This document shows positions 1 to 10,352 of a stretch of DNA of 56,509 nt, one piece after another. The stretch comes from Thiopseudomonas sp. GTDB lineage: Bacteria; Pseudomonadota; Gammaproteobacteria; Pseudomonadales; Pseudomonadaceae. Under the pieces are notes generated by a model. It saw only the letters and a list, made by a program, of their open reading frames with translations, had not been told where the DNA came from and did no database searches. Location of the stretch: contig DATERP010000008.1 in the NCBI GenBank assembly GCA_035271385.1, forward strand, positions 1 to 56,509, given 5' to 3'. How positions within the stretch are numbered: position 1 is the first letter of the stretch; each line of letters begins with the position of its first letter. The translations under genes and the position numbers were made by a program.

Positions 1-54
1 AGTTCTCACTGTCCGTCAACTTGCCATTCACTTTAGGACAACAGGTCTACGCAG

Positions 55-1284
55 ATGAGTAAAACATCGCTTGATAAAAGCAAAATTCGTTTTCTTCTTC
101 TTGAAGGTGTTCACCAGAACGCAATCGATACATTGAATGCAGCTGGATATACGAACATTGAGTATATTACCGGCGCCCTGCCAGAAGCAGAATTAAAAGA
201 AAAAATCGCTGATGCCCACTTCGTTGGTATCCGTTCGCGCACTCAGCTGACTGAAGAAATTTTTCAGTGCGCACAAAAACTGATTGCTGTTGGTTGTTTC
301 TGTATTGGTACCAACCAAGTTGACCTCAATGCTGCGCGTGAGCGTGGTATTGCTGTATTTAACGCACCCTACTCCAACACTCGTTCTGTGGCTGAGCTGG
401 TTTTAGCCCAAGCGATTATGTTGATCCGCGGTATTCCAGAGCGCAACGCTGTGAGTCACCGTGGCGGCTGGATGAAAAGTGCAACAGGCTCCTATGAAAT
501 CCGTGGTAAAAAGCTCGGTATCATTGGTTACGGCTCGATTGGTATGCAATTCTCTGTCTTAGCGGAAGCGCTAGGCATGGACGTGTTTTACTACGACGTT
601 GTCACCAAGCTGCCATTGGGTAATGCCACTCAGGTTGGCACTCTCAATGAGTTGTTAGCGATGTCTGACGTGGTGTCTTTACACGTTCCAGAGTTGCCAT
701 CGACTGAGTGGATGATTGGTGAGAAAGAAATTCGCACCATGAAAAAAGGCAGCATTTTAATGAACGCTGCACGCGGCACAATCGTAGTGATTGAAGCGCT
801 GGCTGACGCGATTAAAGATGGCCACCTACTGGGCGCGGCAATTGACGTATTCCCCGTTGAGCCTCGCGCTAACGGCGAAGAGTTTGAAAGCCCACTGCGC
901 GGCTTAGACAACGTCATCTTGACTCCGCACATTGGTGGTTCAACCCAAGAAGCACAAGCCAATATTGGTCTGGAAGTGGCTGAGAAACTGGTTAAGTACA
1001 GCGATAACGGTACCTCAGTATCCTCTGTTAACTTCCCAGAAATGGCATTGCCATCGCACCCAGGTAAGCACCGTATCCTGCATATTCACCAGAATATTCC
1101 AGGCGTGATGGGCGCAATTAACAAAGTCTTCGCTGATAACAAAATCAACGTGTCCGGTCAGTTTTTACAGACCAACGAAACAGTGGGTTATGTGGTGATT
1201 GATATTGATGCTGCACACTCTGAGCTGGCGTTAAGCAAGCTGCAAGACGTGGAAGGCACGATGCGCTGCCGTATTCTGTACTAA
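55..1284 (+). CDS. serA: D-3-phosphoglycerate dehydrogenase
   Basis: GCFCIGTNQV, NAD-binding GIIGYGSIG, TPHIGGST and C-terminal ACT domain; typical gammaproteobacterial SerA. Confidence 0.97.
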   Translation: MSKTSLDKSKIRFLLLEGVHQNAIDTLNAAGYTNIEYITGALPEAELKEKIADAHFVGIRSRTQLTEEIFQCAQKLIAVGCFCIGTNQVDLNAARERGIAVFNAPYSNTRSVAELVLAQAIMLIRGIPERNAVSHRGGWMKSATGSYEIRGKKLGIIGYGSIGMQFSVLAEALGMDVFYYDVVTKLPLGNATQVGTLNELLAMSDVVSLHVPELPSTEWMIGEKEIRTMKKGSILMNAARGTIVVIEALADAIKDGHLLGAAIDVFPVEPRANGEEFESPLRGLDNVILTPHIGGSTQEAQANIGLEVAEKLVKYSDNGTSVSSVNFPEMALPSHPGKHRILHIHQNIPGVMGAINKVFADNKINVSGQFLQTNETVGYVVIDIDAAHSELALSKLQDVEGTMRCRILY

Positions 1285-1307
1285 GTTAAGTGCAGTCAGC
1301 GTTATCG

Positions 1308-1336
1308 AAAAGGGAAGCTTAAAGCTTCCCTTTTTT
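1308..1336. terminator. Bidirectional intrinsic terminator
   Basis: AAAAGGGAAGCTT-A-AAGCTTCCCTTTTTT between convergent genes. Confidence 0.9.
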
Positions 1337-1347
1337 GTATCGACAAT

Positions 1348-1959
1348 TTAAGCGCGACGACGTAACCAGCCAGTAATAGATAAACGATCGCGGGTGGCCG
1401 GCAACACCTCATGCGGCCACTGCGCCGACATAAAAACAATCAGCGTACCGGCTTGCGGCACCACATCATGGGTCTGCCCATCGTCTAGATACATACGCAA
1501 CTCACCACCCTGCTCATGCAACCAGTGCTCGTTTAAGTAAGCGACACAGGTCACGACACGCCGATCATCATCACGAAAACGATCCAAGTGCTTCTTATAA
1601 AAAGCTCCCGGTGGATATAAAGCAAAATGCCCTTCAAAATCCTCTAAACCTAAAAACAGCGTTTGATTAATCGCACTGCGCAACTGCTCCATCAAGGCCA
1701 AATAACGATCCACCGTGCTGTTTTGACCTTCTTCAAGCCACTGAATCTGATCGCCACGAATACCCGCATGCACAACTTTAGCCACACCTCGCCCCACTCC
1801 AGCCAATTCTAATTGACCCCGTTGTGCACGTTGACGGCACTCTTGTGCCAATTGTGTTGTCAGATCTGTAGGAATAAAAATGCTCTGCTGCGACCAACCA
1901 TGTGTAGCCAAATCATCCACGATACGCGCAAATAATGGTGCAATAGTTAATGTATTCAT
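1348..1959 (-). CDS. 2OG-Fe(II) oxygenase, prolyl-4-hydroxylase (PHD/SM-20/PPHD-like)
   Basis: IRGDQI, FYKKHLD (HxD), HEV and RLSITGW motifs; start placed at ATG 1959 (ORF track extends to 2001). Confidence 0.85.
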   Translation of the reverse strand: MNTLTIAPLFARIVDDLATHGWSQQSIFIPTDLTTQLAQECRQRAQRGQLELAGVGRGVAKVVHAGIRGDQIQWLEEGQNSTVDRYLALMEQLRSAINQTLFLGLEDFEGHFALYPPGAFYKKHLDRFRDDDRRVVTCVAYLNEHWLHEQGGELRMYLDDGQTHDVVPQAGTLIVFMSAQWPHEVLPATRDRLSITGWLRRRA

Positions 1960-2163
1960 TTTCAACCCAAGTAAAGAGCTTATGATGTTCAAGTTGAACA
2001 ATGTTTAATAAAGCTTATGTGCGCATAACCGTACATATGTGCTGCATAATAAGCTGAACTTGATTGGCCAGATATCTATTTTACCGGCCACCCTCAAACC
2101 GCTCGACTAAGAGACTTTCCCAAGCATTACTGTTGATTTTTACTACTATTTTCTGGGGGTTAT

Positions 2164-2892
2164 ATGCGTTTTTTATTATTGTTAGGCGTGCTGATGAGCA
2201 GCACCAGTATTTTTGCTGACCAGTACCAAGAGCTCTATCAAAAAGCGGGTTGGCCACAGCAACAAATACACTTTGCCGGTGCAGTCAAACAAGCTCAACT
2301 GCGCTACCAAGACACTTTACCCAGCGCTATTTATCAAGCATTGGTTAACAACAGTAATCAACGTTTTGCTGCACAGGCGATGCATCAGCGCGCACAACAA
2401 GCTTTGCGCCAGCACTTAAACAGCCCGACACCTGCACTCGCTTTTTTCGAGTCGAGTATTGGTCAAAAAGTCAGGGCCGCAGAAGTTGCCGCATCCAGTC
2501 CTGAACAGCTCCAGCGTTATGCGGCAGGTCTGCCAGAAATCAATGCCGACGCCACGCGCCGCCTGCTGATTCGCCACTTAGCTAACGCCATTCCTGCCAG
2601 CCAAGCCGGTGCTGAAGTAACTCTGGCGCTCGGCAGTGTAGCGGCTGATAGCTTGAGTCAAATGTTGCCCGGATTAATGGGCTCAGGACAAGCCAATTCA
2701 CTGCTCAATGCACAACGCCAACGTCTGATTACGGAGATTTCCGCTAATATCGATAACTCACTGCTGCATGTGTATCAATCATTATCCGATGCTGAGCTCG
2801 AAGAGTTTGTCACCTTTGCGCAATCACCCGAAGGACAAGCTTACTACAAGGCCGCACTTAAAACGCTGGAGGCCAGTTTACGCCAATCTTAA
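2164..2892 (+). CDS. Exported protein, DUF2059-like
   Basis: Signal peptide; C-terminal YQSLSDAELEEFVTFAQSPEGQAY resembles DUF2059. Confidence 0.65.
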   Translation: MRFLLLLGVLMSSTSIFADQYQELYQKAGWPQQQIHFAGAVKQAQLRYQDTLPSAIYQALVNNSNQRFAAQAMHQRAQQALRQHLNSPTPALAFFESSIGQKVRAAEVAASSPEQLQRYAAGLPEINADATRRLLIRHLANAIPASQAGAEVTLALGSVAADSLSQMLPGLMGSGQANSLLNAQRQRLITEISANIDNSLLHVYQSLSDAELEEFVTFAQSPEGQAYYKAALKTLEASLRQS

Positions 2893-2911
2893 AGCACTAA
2901 CCGGTACGGAC

Positions 2912-3847
2912 TTAAGGCAGCTGCGCTTGTAAAAACCTAAAGATTTGCTCACGCCATACCGCTTGCTCATTAGCCAAGTGATGGCGTGCTTGCGGCAGCA
3001 ATAATATTTTTGGCTGATTAAACTTATCAGTTAACACGCTTAAATTATGCTGCCAGTCCACAGTCATATCCGCCTCACCCTGCACAATAATCGGGCTATG
3101 GACACTGGGCTGCGCCTGTTCAATATAAGGTATCCACTGCGCCAGTGCGCCCACCCAAGCCGTCGGTAAAATCTGTGCCTGTAAGGGATCATTGCGTACA
3201 AAATCCACAAAGGCACCATCATGTGAGTTATTGGAATAGCGCCGCGGCACACTGCGACGAAAAGGTTTAATCATTTGATACAGTAGTTTGGATTGTTGCC
3301 ATGCACGGGGTCGCACCAGCGGCGCCAGCAAAATAGTTTCACCTATGGGTTTACTCGGCTGTTGGTGTACCAAATAGTCCAGAGCAATCGCCGCACCGGT
3401 GCTTTGCCCCAAGATATGCCATGGTTTAGGTAACTGCAGTTGCTGCGCCTTTGCCAGCATGGCTTGCAACACCTGCTGATACTCTTGAAAACTATGAATA
3501 CTGGCACGTGCTCCTGTGGATAAGCCATGCCCAGGTAAATCACAAGACAACAATGCAAAGCCTTGTGCTAAGGCCCACAGGTACACATGACCGTATAAGC
3601 CCATATGATCGTAGTAGCCGTGTAAGACCAGCAGCGTAGCGCGCGCCTCAATCGGCCGACAGACTTGCATAGCCACTTGATAAGCCCCCACCCTGACCTG
3701 CCCTAAACGACAATCAAGCTCGGGGTTGTACTGTGCAAAATCAATCTGATAAAACTGCCGCCAACCTTTTGCTAGCGCTGGATCAATGCTGTGCCGAGTC
3801 AACGCTGGTAAAACACGCTGTAACGCTTGCGGATCAAACTCAATCAT
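2912..3847 (-). CDS. Alpha/beta hydrolase (lysophospholipase/monoglyceride lipase-like)
   Basis: LHGYYDH, DLPGHG, GQSTG nucleophile elbow, D and H of the catalytic triad near the C-terminus. Confidence 0.88.
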   Translation of the reverse strand: MIEFDPQALQRVLPALTRHSIDPALAKGWRQFYQIDFAQYNPELDCRLGQVRVGAYQVAMQVCRPIEARATLLVLHGYYDHMGLYGHVYLWALAQGFALLSCDLPGHGLSTGARASIHSFQEYQQVLQAMLAKAQQLQLPKPWHILGQSTGAAIALDYLVHQQPSKPIGETILLAPLVRPRAWQQSKLLYQMIKPFRRSVPRRYSNNSHDGAFVDFVRNDPLQAQILPTAWVGALAQWIPYIEQAQPSVHSPIIVQGEADMTVDWQHNLSVLTDKFNQPKILLLPQARHHLANEQAVWREQIFRFLQAQLP

Positions 3848-3944
3848 TCACAGTCACTCTTAATAAACCACTGCTGCGACATTCTGGACATATAGATTTT
3901 AAGCAACTCATGGCACTCTATACCATCTTCAACGTGCGGTATTT

Positions 3945-4520
3945 ATGAAACGGACTCTTTTGAAAAAAACACTGATTGGACTCACTCTGATCCTTTGGAT
4001 CGGCTCAATGCTGACCGGTCTATGGTGGTATAAAACACGCTTTATTCGCCCTTTCAGTGAGACCACAGCAGTGTTCAGTGGCCAGCAATTGCGCCTACCC
4101 AACACTATAGCGGGTGCGGGCAAGATTCGTTTTGTGCATTTTTGGGACCCCGCCTGCCCATGCAATGTGGGCAATCAACAGCACTTAGTGGAAATGCTGG
4201 AGCGCTACGACGGTAAAGTTGAGTTTTATCATGTGCAAAAACCTGGCAGCAAAGGCCAATTACCTAAGGCTTTAAACAGTATGCGCCATTTAAGCGGCTT
4301 ACCCGGTGCAGAGACCTTACCTGCTAGCCCTGCAGTGGCGATCTGGAATAACTCGGGCGAACTCTCCTACTTTGGCCCCTACAGTGAAGGAGCAGTGTGC
4401 AACTCGAGCAATAGCTTTATTGAGCCGGTGCTCGATGCCTTGCTCGAAAACCGACCTGTCGCTGCAGCCAACACTTTAGCGGTGGGATGCTTTTGTGAGT
4501 GGCAAGATGTTAAGCAATAG
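3945..4520 (+). CDS. Membrane-anchored thioredoxin-like protein (DUF6436-like)
   Basis: N-terminal TM helix; HFWDPACPCN, YFGPYS and GCFC motifs. Confidence 0.65.
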   Translation: MKRTLLKKTLIGLTLILWIGSMLTGLWWYKTRFIRPFSETTAVFSGQQLRLPNTIAGAGKIRFVHFWDPACPCNVGNQQHLVEMLERYDGKVEFYHVQKPGSKGQLPKALNSMRHLSGLPGAETLPASPAVAIWNNSGELSYFGPYSEGAVCNSSNSFIEPVLDALLENRPVAAANTLAVGCFCEWQDVKQ

Positions 4521-4532
4521 CCAGACATAAAA

Positions 4533-4571
4533 AACCCCAAAAAGTCAGTCCAACTTTTTGGGGTCAGTTCA
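4533..4571. mobile_element. Relic resembling IS3-family (IS150-group) inverted repeats, inside a terminator
   Basis: AACCCCAAAAAGTCAGTCCAACTTTTTGGGGTCAGTTCA; 38/39 identical to 55839-55877; right end matches my recollection of the IS150 IR (GTCCAACTTTTTGGGGTCAGTACA). Confidence 0.65.
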
Positions 4572-4604
4572 GTGTGAGCTGGGTTTTGTGTTGATTAAGC
4601 TCAA

Positions 4605-5375
4605 CTAAAAGGTTGGAACAACCGCACCTTTATATTTGTCATTGATAAAGGCTTTAGCTTCATCACTGTGCAGCGCTTTGACTAATTTCTGTACAGCGTC
4701 GCTGTTTTTATTATCTTCACGCGTCACTAAAATATTTACATAAGGTGAATCAGCGCCTTCAATAATCAACGCATCTTTGTTTGGATTTAAGCCCGCTTCC
4801 AGTGCATAGTTGGTGTTGATCAACGCTAAGTCGACTTGATCAAGCACACGTGGCAGAGTGGCTGCTTCAAGCTCACGCACTTTGATTTTCTTGGGGTTCT
4901 CCGCGATATCACGCGGTGTAGCGGTGATACCGGCATCTTCTTTGAGCTTAATCACGCCAGCGGTTTGCAGTAGTAATAAAGCACGGCCACCATTGGTGGC
5001 ATCGTTTGGAATCACTACGCTTGCACCCTTTTTCAAATCATCCAGCTGTTTAATTTTGCTGGAGTAGGCGCCAAAAGGCTCAATATGCACGCCAGCAACG
5101 CTGGTCAAGGTCGTGCCTTTGCTTTTATTAAACTCATCCAAGTACGGCTGGTGCTGGAAGAAGTTCGCATCTAAACGGCCTTCTGCCACTTGCACGTTCG
5201 GCTGTACATAGTCGGTGAAAACTTTAACGTCCAGCTCCACACCTTGCTCAGCTAACGCAGGCTTTAAGAACTCTAAAATCTCCGCATGGGGTACCGGTGT
5301 CGCCGCAACTGTTAATGGCTCAGCTTGCACTGAAAAAATGCTCAGGGCTGCTAAAGCGAGTAATGTTTTTTTCAT
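4605..5375 (-). CDS. metQ: MetQ/NlpA-family methionine ABC transporter substrate-binding protein
   Basis: DANFFQHQPYL, PNDATNGGRALLLL; in operon with metN and metI. Confidence 0.93.
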   Translation of the reverse strand: MKKTLLALAALSIFSVQAEPLTVAATPVPHAEILEFLKPALAEQGVELDVKVFTDYVQPNVQVAEGRLDANFFQHQPYLDEFNKSKGTTLTSVAGVHIEPFGAYSSKIKQLDDLKKGASVVIPNDATNGGRALLLLQTAGVIKLKEDAGITATPRDIAENPKKIKVRELEAATLPRVLDQVDLALINTNYALEAGLNPNKDALIIEGADSPYVNILVTREDNKNSDAVQKLVKALHSDEAKAFINDKYKGAVVPTF

Positions 5376-5443
5376 AAGAATGCTCCAAATGAATCAATAA
5401 TATGCCGTAAACGGCTCATTTTTCGATAGGTTATTAGCTAAAA

Positions 5444-6109
5444 TTACTTTCGAGAAAACCGTAACACAAGACGGTCACCAACACTCTGTAACACCTGCAC
5501 CAACAGCAGCAATAACACTACGGTCACCACCATCACATCGGTTTGAAAACGCTGGTAACCAAAGCGAATCGCTAAGTCACCTAAACCACCAGCGCCCACC
5601 ACACCCGCCATCGCGGTATAGGACACCAAGGTAATCGCGGTGACTGTAGTCGCAGCAATAATCCCAGGGCGAGCCTCAGGTAACAGCGCATTAAAAATAA
5701 TCTGCCGCGTACTCGCGCCCATCGCTTGCGTCGCCTCAATAATGCCACGATCCACTTCACGCAAAGCGGTCTCAACTAAGCGGGCAAAAAACGGTGTTGT
5801 GCCAATCACTAACGGTGGAATCGCACCGGCGACACCTAAGGATGTGCCAGTCATCAACACAGTAATCGGGATCATCACGATTAATAGGATAATAAACGGC
5901 AATGAACGCAGCACATTCACCACAAATGACAGCAACATATATAAAGTCGGCTGAGCAAACATTTGTCGCGGTCCGACTAAAAACAGCAAGATACCTACAG
6001 GCAAACCCAGAATTACGGTGAAGAGCAGCGAACCACCCAGCATCAGCAAGGTATCCAGCGTTGCTTGCCAAATCTCATACCAATCAATATTTATCAGTAA
6101 GTCACTCAT
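5444..6109 (-). CDS. metI: Methionine ABC transporter permease
   Basis: [12 protein letters not shown], EAxxAMGA loop, [17 protein letters not shown]. Confidence 0.94.
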   Translation of the reverse strand: MSDLLINIDWYEIWQATLDTLLMLGGSLLFTVILGLPVGILLFLVGPRQMFAQPTLYMLLSFVVNVLRSLPFIILLIVMIPITVLMTGTSLGVAGAIPPLVIGTTPFFARLVETALREVDRGIIEATQAMGASTRQIIFNALLPEARPGIIAATTVTAITLVSYTAMAGVVGAGGLGDLAIRFGYQRFQTDVMVVTVVLLLLLVQVLQSVGDRLVLRFSRK

Positions 6110-7116
6110 GGACGTAATACCTCCACATGCACACCTGCGGCACGCAGTTGTTGTTCAGCCAGTAATTCTTTACCACCGGTCAGCGCTAAAGTGAGCTGGC
6201 CACAAGCTTGGTCTTTAATTCGGCCAATACGGCCCGCTAAAATACTGTAATCCACGCCAGTATCACGGGCGACCTGGCCCAATAGAGGTGCGTAAGTGGC
6301 TTCACCCAAGAAAGTTAAGCGCACAATCCGCCCACTGACTTGCTGATATTCTTCTTCTGGCGATAGACCCGCATCACCTTCAGATTCCTGCACAAAATTT
6401 TGGGTGGTGGGGTGCTGTGGATGTAGAAAGACATCACTGACCAAACCACTTTCAACAATCACCCCGCCATCCATCACGCCAACACGATCACACACACGGC
6501 GGATCACATCCATCTCATGAGTGATCAAGACGATAGTCAGACCCAGCTCTCGATTGATTTGCGCCAACAATTGCAAGACCTGCGCAGTGGTTTGCGGATC
6601 CAGCGCACTAGTGGCTTCATCACATAACAAAATCTTTGGATCCGTGGCTAACGCACGGGCAATACCCACGCGCTGCTTCTGCCCGCCGGACAGTTGCGCT
6701 GGATACTTGCTGGCATGATCGCTTAAGCCCACACGCGCCAACAATTCAGCCACGCGCACTTTAATTTGTGCCTTGCTCAACTCGCCCGCCAACTTTAACG
6801 GCATCGCCACGTTATTGGCGACAGTCTTGGAGGACAGCAAATTAAAATGCTGAAAAATCATCCCCACCCGTTGGCGAAAACCGCGCAAGCCTTGTGCATC
6901 CAGCGCAGTGACATCTACACCATCCACGACAATACGGCCACCACTGGGCTCTTCTAGGCGGTTAATCAAACGTAATAAGGTGCTTTTACCAGCACCAGAA
7001 TGACCAATCAGGCCAAAAATCTCACCTGGCTGCACAGCTAAGCAAGTGGGTTGTAAAGCGACAATACTTTGCCCGTTTACTGCATAGGCTTTATGCACTT
7101 CGTGGAATTCAATCAC
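6106..7116 (-). CDS. metN: Methionine ABC transporter ATP-binding protein
   Basis: [26 protein letters not shown]-terminal NIL domain; likely GTG start at 7116. Confidence 0.94.
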   Translation of the reverse strand: MIEFHEVHKAYAVNGQSIVALQPTCLAVQPGEIFGLIGHSGAGKSTLLRLINRLEEPSGGRIVVDGVDVTALDAQGLRGFRQRVGMIFQHFNLLSSKTVANNVAMPLKLAGELSKAQIKVRVAELLARVGLSDHASKYPAQLSGGQKQRVGIARALATDPKILLCDEATSALDPQTTAQVLQLLAQINRELGLTIVLITHEMDVIRRVCDRVGVMDGGVIVESGLVSDVFLHPQHPTTQNFVQESEGDAGLSPEEEYQQVSGRIVRLTFLGEATYAPLLGQVARDTGVDYSILAGRIGRIKDQACGQLTLALTGGKELLAEQQLRAAGVHVEVLRP

Positions 7117-7206
7117 GGGGTAACCTTGTTGGGGCGATACCGACAACCAGTGTGCCAAGCATCGCTTAGAATTAGAAGTTCTTTTAAACTCTATATATAG
7201 AATAAT

Positions 7207-8082
7207 TTAGAATGACAGATTCGGCGTAATCACTAACTGTGCGGCCTCATCACTGCGAATAACTTCCTGTAAACGCGGATTGAAATTGGCATCCAGTTTT
7301 TTCACTCGTGCCGATAAAAGCGCTGCCACCCAATGAAAATCACGGGTATCTGCTACTTCAATACTCACTGCAGCGCGAAACCTCACCACATCTGCTGCCA
7401 CATCATCCAATAAACGTCCTAACTGGTGATTATTACGGTTGGCCAGCATGGGTAAAGCAATCGTAGTTTGTGCTGCATTCAGGTCTAAAACACGCGCCTT
7501 GAGTTTGCTACGTATAGGTGGCGTTAACTCAATCAGCTCCTGCGGCTGCGGCTGTTCGACGACAACTTCAGGAGCTTCAGGCTGAGCTGCCACAGACTCT
7601 TTGACGGGTTGCTTTGGTGCCGGTGCAAGTCTGGGCAATGGCTGTTTGCGCACAACTGACGGCTGCACAGGAGGAGTTGTAGGCTCAAGGATAGGCTCTT
7701 GTACCGCAGCTAAAGCCGTACTTAAACCTTGCGTTAATGCCGGTGCTTTAGGTAATAAACGCTTAGCCTGCATCAAAGCGGCACTGGCGGTATCGATATC
7801 AGCATCTTTTAGTGCCTGCTCACCTGTGGCGAGCCAAGCTGTGGCTAAACGTTGCTGTAACTCCTCAAGACGCGGCTCACTTGGGTCACTGTCACGTAAA
7901 GCATCCAATTGCTGGCCAGCCGACTCAAGTTCTTGAGCAGCCAAATGGGTATTGAACACCAGTTCAGCTGCAGCAAAGTCATCAATCGTCGGTTCTGGAT
8001 TTTTCTGTGCGTTGTTTTGGCACGCACTCAAAACAACAAATAAACTCAAGGCGACTAAGCTGCGCCCTATTAAAGGTGACAT
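7207..8082 (-). CDS. Lipoprotein (PA5502-like)
   Basis: Lipobox LSAC, Pro-rich linker; position between znu and metN as in Pseudomonas. Confidence 0.6.
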   Translation of the reverse strand: MSPLIGRSLVALSLFVVLSACQNNAQKNPEPTIDDFAAAELVFNTHLAAQELESAGQQLDALRDSDPSEPRLEELQQRLATAWLATGEQALKDADIDTASAALMQAKRLLPKAPALTQGLSTALAAVQEPILEPTTPPVQPSVVRKQPLPRLAPAPKQPVKESVAAQPEAPEVVVEQPQPQELIELTPPIRSKLKARVLDLNAAQTTIALPMLANRNNHQLGRLLDDVAADVVRFRAAVSIEVADTRDFHWVAALLSARVKKLDANFNPRLQEVIRSDEAAQLVITPNLSF

Positions 8083-8147
8083 GCAATGCATCCCCAACTA
8101 AAAAAACAGTTGGCAGTCTACACTGCTCTGGAATGATGCAGAAGATA

Positions 8148-8195
8148 CTGCTCAACACAGCTTGAGCTAAATTAGGCTCAGGCTGTGTTGAGCAG
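8148..8195. repeat. 20-bp-arm inverted repeat downstream of ecotin
   Basis: CTGCTCAACACAGCTTGAGC...GCTCAGGCTGTGTTGAGCAG, one mismatch, no U-tract. Confidence 0.75.
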
Positions 8196-8208
8196 GGTAT
8201 TGCGGATC

Positions 8209-8715
8209 TTACTCAGTGGTTGCGGACTGCAGCTCTTTAGCGCCAGTCCAGATACGGTAACGCAGTTCAAGATCTTGCGGTGTATAGACAACAATGGGTA
8301 GTTTGCTGTTGTAGTTTAAGGTGTATTCATAACCATGTGCAGCGACAAAGCCTTCTTTCTCACTGCCTTCTGGGCAAGCCATCATGGTCGCAATAGGGCC
8401 TTTAACATCAGTCACTTCATAGTAGGTATAACCAAAACCAGAAAGATCTTTTGTCGTAAAAGTAGCCATCAGACCACGGGTGTTGCAGTCAGTTTTCATC
8501 ACCTGACCCGGCGCCAACTCAACTTTCAATAAATCTTCGTTATCTTTTTCAGCTAACCAAATCACATGGCGTTTTTGCCCTGCTGTTGCGGCTGGAAAGG
8601 GGGCAACATCTTCTAACGCAGGCATTGCTACGCTTGGCGCATGCGAATCTGTTGCGCAGGCAACGGTAGTGCATGAAAGTGCGGCAAGAAACGTCATTGT
8701 CAGTGCTTTATTCAT
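8209..8715 (-). CDS. eco: Ecotin, serine protease inhibitor
   Basis: APFP, KVEL, DCN, reactive loop TMMAC, YNSKLPIVVY, YRIW; start 8715 has AGGA RBS. Confidence 0.93.
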   Translation of the reverse strand: MNKALTMTFLAALSCTTVACATDSHAPSVAMPALEDVAPFPAATAGQKRHVIWLAEKDNEDLLKVELAPGQVMKTDCNTRGLMATFTTKDLSGFGYTYYEVTDVKGPIATMMACPEGSEKEGFVAAHGYEYTLNYNSKLPIVVYTPQDLELRYRIWTGAKELQSATTE

Positions 8716-8794
8716 GTTGCGGTATCCTTGGATCATCTATTATCTAGAGTGTACTGACCGCTCATCGGCGCGTCAGTTCCTGCATGAGATGACA

Positions 8795-9580
8795 TTAACG
8801 GCGGCGCGGCACTATAAAACTGATTAAAAACACCCCTGCGGCACACACCACAATCGATGGACCCGCTGGTGTATCGTAGTGCCACGACATCGCTAAACCA
8901 GCACACACCGAGAGCATACCCACGACAGTTGCACCTAAAGCCATATGCTCAGGACTGCGCGCATGCCGCTGAGCCGCAGCAGCTGGAATAATCAGCAGTG
9001 AAGTGATCAGCAGCACACCGACAATTTTCATCGCTACAGCAATCACTAAGGCCATCAACACCATCAGCACTAAGCGTAATTGCGCGACCGGCAGGCCCTC
9101 CACTTGTGCCAGTTCCTCATGCACGGTAATCGCCAGCAAGGGTCGCCACAAGGCAATCATGCACACTAAAACAATCACACTGCCGGCACCAATCCAAATT
9201 AAATCCATCGCACTGACGGCCAATAAGTCACCAAACAAGTAGCCCATTAAATCGACCCGCACTGAGTCCATAAAGCTTAATGTCACCAAACCTAAGGACA
9301 AAGTACTGTGTGCTAAAATCCCCAAAATGGTGTCTGAAGCTAAAGGTTGGCGTCGCTGCAATGCCACCAAGACAAAGGCCAATAGCAAACAGCCAACAAT
9401 CACCGCTAGCGCCAGATTGATATCAAACAATAAGCCCAGCGCCACACCAAACAAAGCCGAGTGTGCCAAAGTGTCACCGAAATAGGCCATGCGCCGCCAG
9501 ACTACAAAAGACCCCAACGGCCCTGCTACTAATGCTAACAACAGTCCTGCGCACAGCGCATATAAAAGAAAATCAGGCAT
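8795..9580 (-). CDS. znuB: Zinc ABC transporter permease
   Basis: [28 protein letters not shown]; start MPDFLL at 9580. Confidence 0.95.
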   Translation of the reverse strand: MPDFLLYALCAGLLLALVAGPLGSFVVWRRMAYFGDTLAHSALFGVALGLLFDINLALAVIVGCLLLAFVLVALQRRQPLASDTILGILAHSTLSLGLVTLSFMDSVRVDLMGYLFGDLLAVSAMDLIWIGAGSVIVLVCMIALWRPLLAITVHEELAQVEGLPVAQLRLVLMVLMALVIAVAMKIVGVLLITSLLIIPAAAAQRHARSPEHMALGATVVGMLSVCAGLAMSWHYDTPAGPSIVVCAAGVFLISFIVPRRR

Positions 9581-10352
9581 GTGTGCAATCCGGCCCATGT
9601 TGGTGAGTTTTGGGCGTGATAACACAGCCATGTAAGTCATGCTTATGGTCGTGGTCATGATGATAGACCGCCAGATCATTGGCTGCGCGTGAGCCAAACA
9701 GCTCAACAAAGGCCGGATCATGGCTAACTTGCTCAGGCAAGCCGGAACAACACACATGGCGATTAAGGCAAATCACTCGATCAGTGGAGCCCATCACCAG
9801 ATGCAGGTCATGAGAAATCATTAACACACCACAACCGTAACGATCACGCAGCTGCCCAATCAGCTGGTACAGTTCCAGCTGGCCGTTGACATCAACACCT
9901 TGCACTGGCTCATCCAGCACGAGCAGTTGCGGTTTACGCAACAAGGCCCGCGCTAACAATACGCGCTGTAATTCGCCACCAGAAATACGCTGCAAGGGAC
10001 TGTTTAATACTTTGGCCGCCCCCACTTCTTCCAATGCAGCAATCACATCAGCACGACTGACACCGGGTACTAAGCGTAAAAAACGTAATACCGACAAGGG
10101 TAAAGTGGCATGCACTTCTAGCTTTTGCGGCATATAGCCAATGCGCAACTGCGGCGCGCGCCATAGGCTGCCCGAGTCCGCTTTCAGCAAACCCAGTAGC
10201 ACCCGTACTAATGATGTTTTACCCGAGCCATTGGGCCCGACCAAAGTGACAATCTCGCCGGCAGCCAATTCAAGACTCACATCAGCAAGAACACTTTGCG
10301 CGGATAACGAAAGATTCAGGTGTTCAGCTCGTAATAACAAGGACTGGGTCAT
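9573..10352 (-). CDS. znuC: Zinc ABC transporter ATP-binding protein
   Basis: [31 protein letters not shown], His-rich tail; ATG overlaps the zur stop. Confidence 0.95.
   Translation of the reverse strand: MTQSLLLRAEHLNLSLSAQSVLADVSLELAAGEIVTLVGPNGSGKTSLVRVLLGLLKADSGSLWRAPQLRIGYMPQKLEVHATLPLSVLRFLRLVPGVSRADVIAALEEVGAAKVLNSPLQRISGGELQRVLLARALLRKPQLLVLDEPVQGVDVNGQLELYQLIGQLRDRYGCGVLMISHDLHLVMGSTDRVICLNRHVCCSGLPEQVSHDPAFVELFGSRAANDLAVYHHDHDHKHDLHGCVITPKTHQHGPDCTHA

Noticed and set aside
1311-1330. Similarity of the serA terminator (GGGAAGCTTAAAGCTTCCC) to the 23S helix at 56371 (GGGAGCTTAAAGCTCC)
   Set aside because: Short self-complementary sequences; chance similarity is sufficient.
7117-7206. 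Possible SAM/SAH riboswitch upstream of metN
   Set aside because: Short region with no recognisable aptamer consensus.
8795-9757. Long N-terminal extensions in the ORF track (znuB; also metN, livK, CoA ligase, GTPase)
   Set aside because: They overlap neighbouring genes or regulatory DNA; downstream starts fit RBS position and family length.
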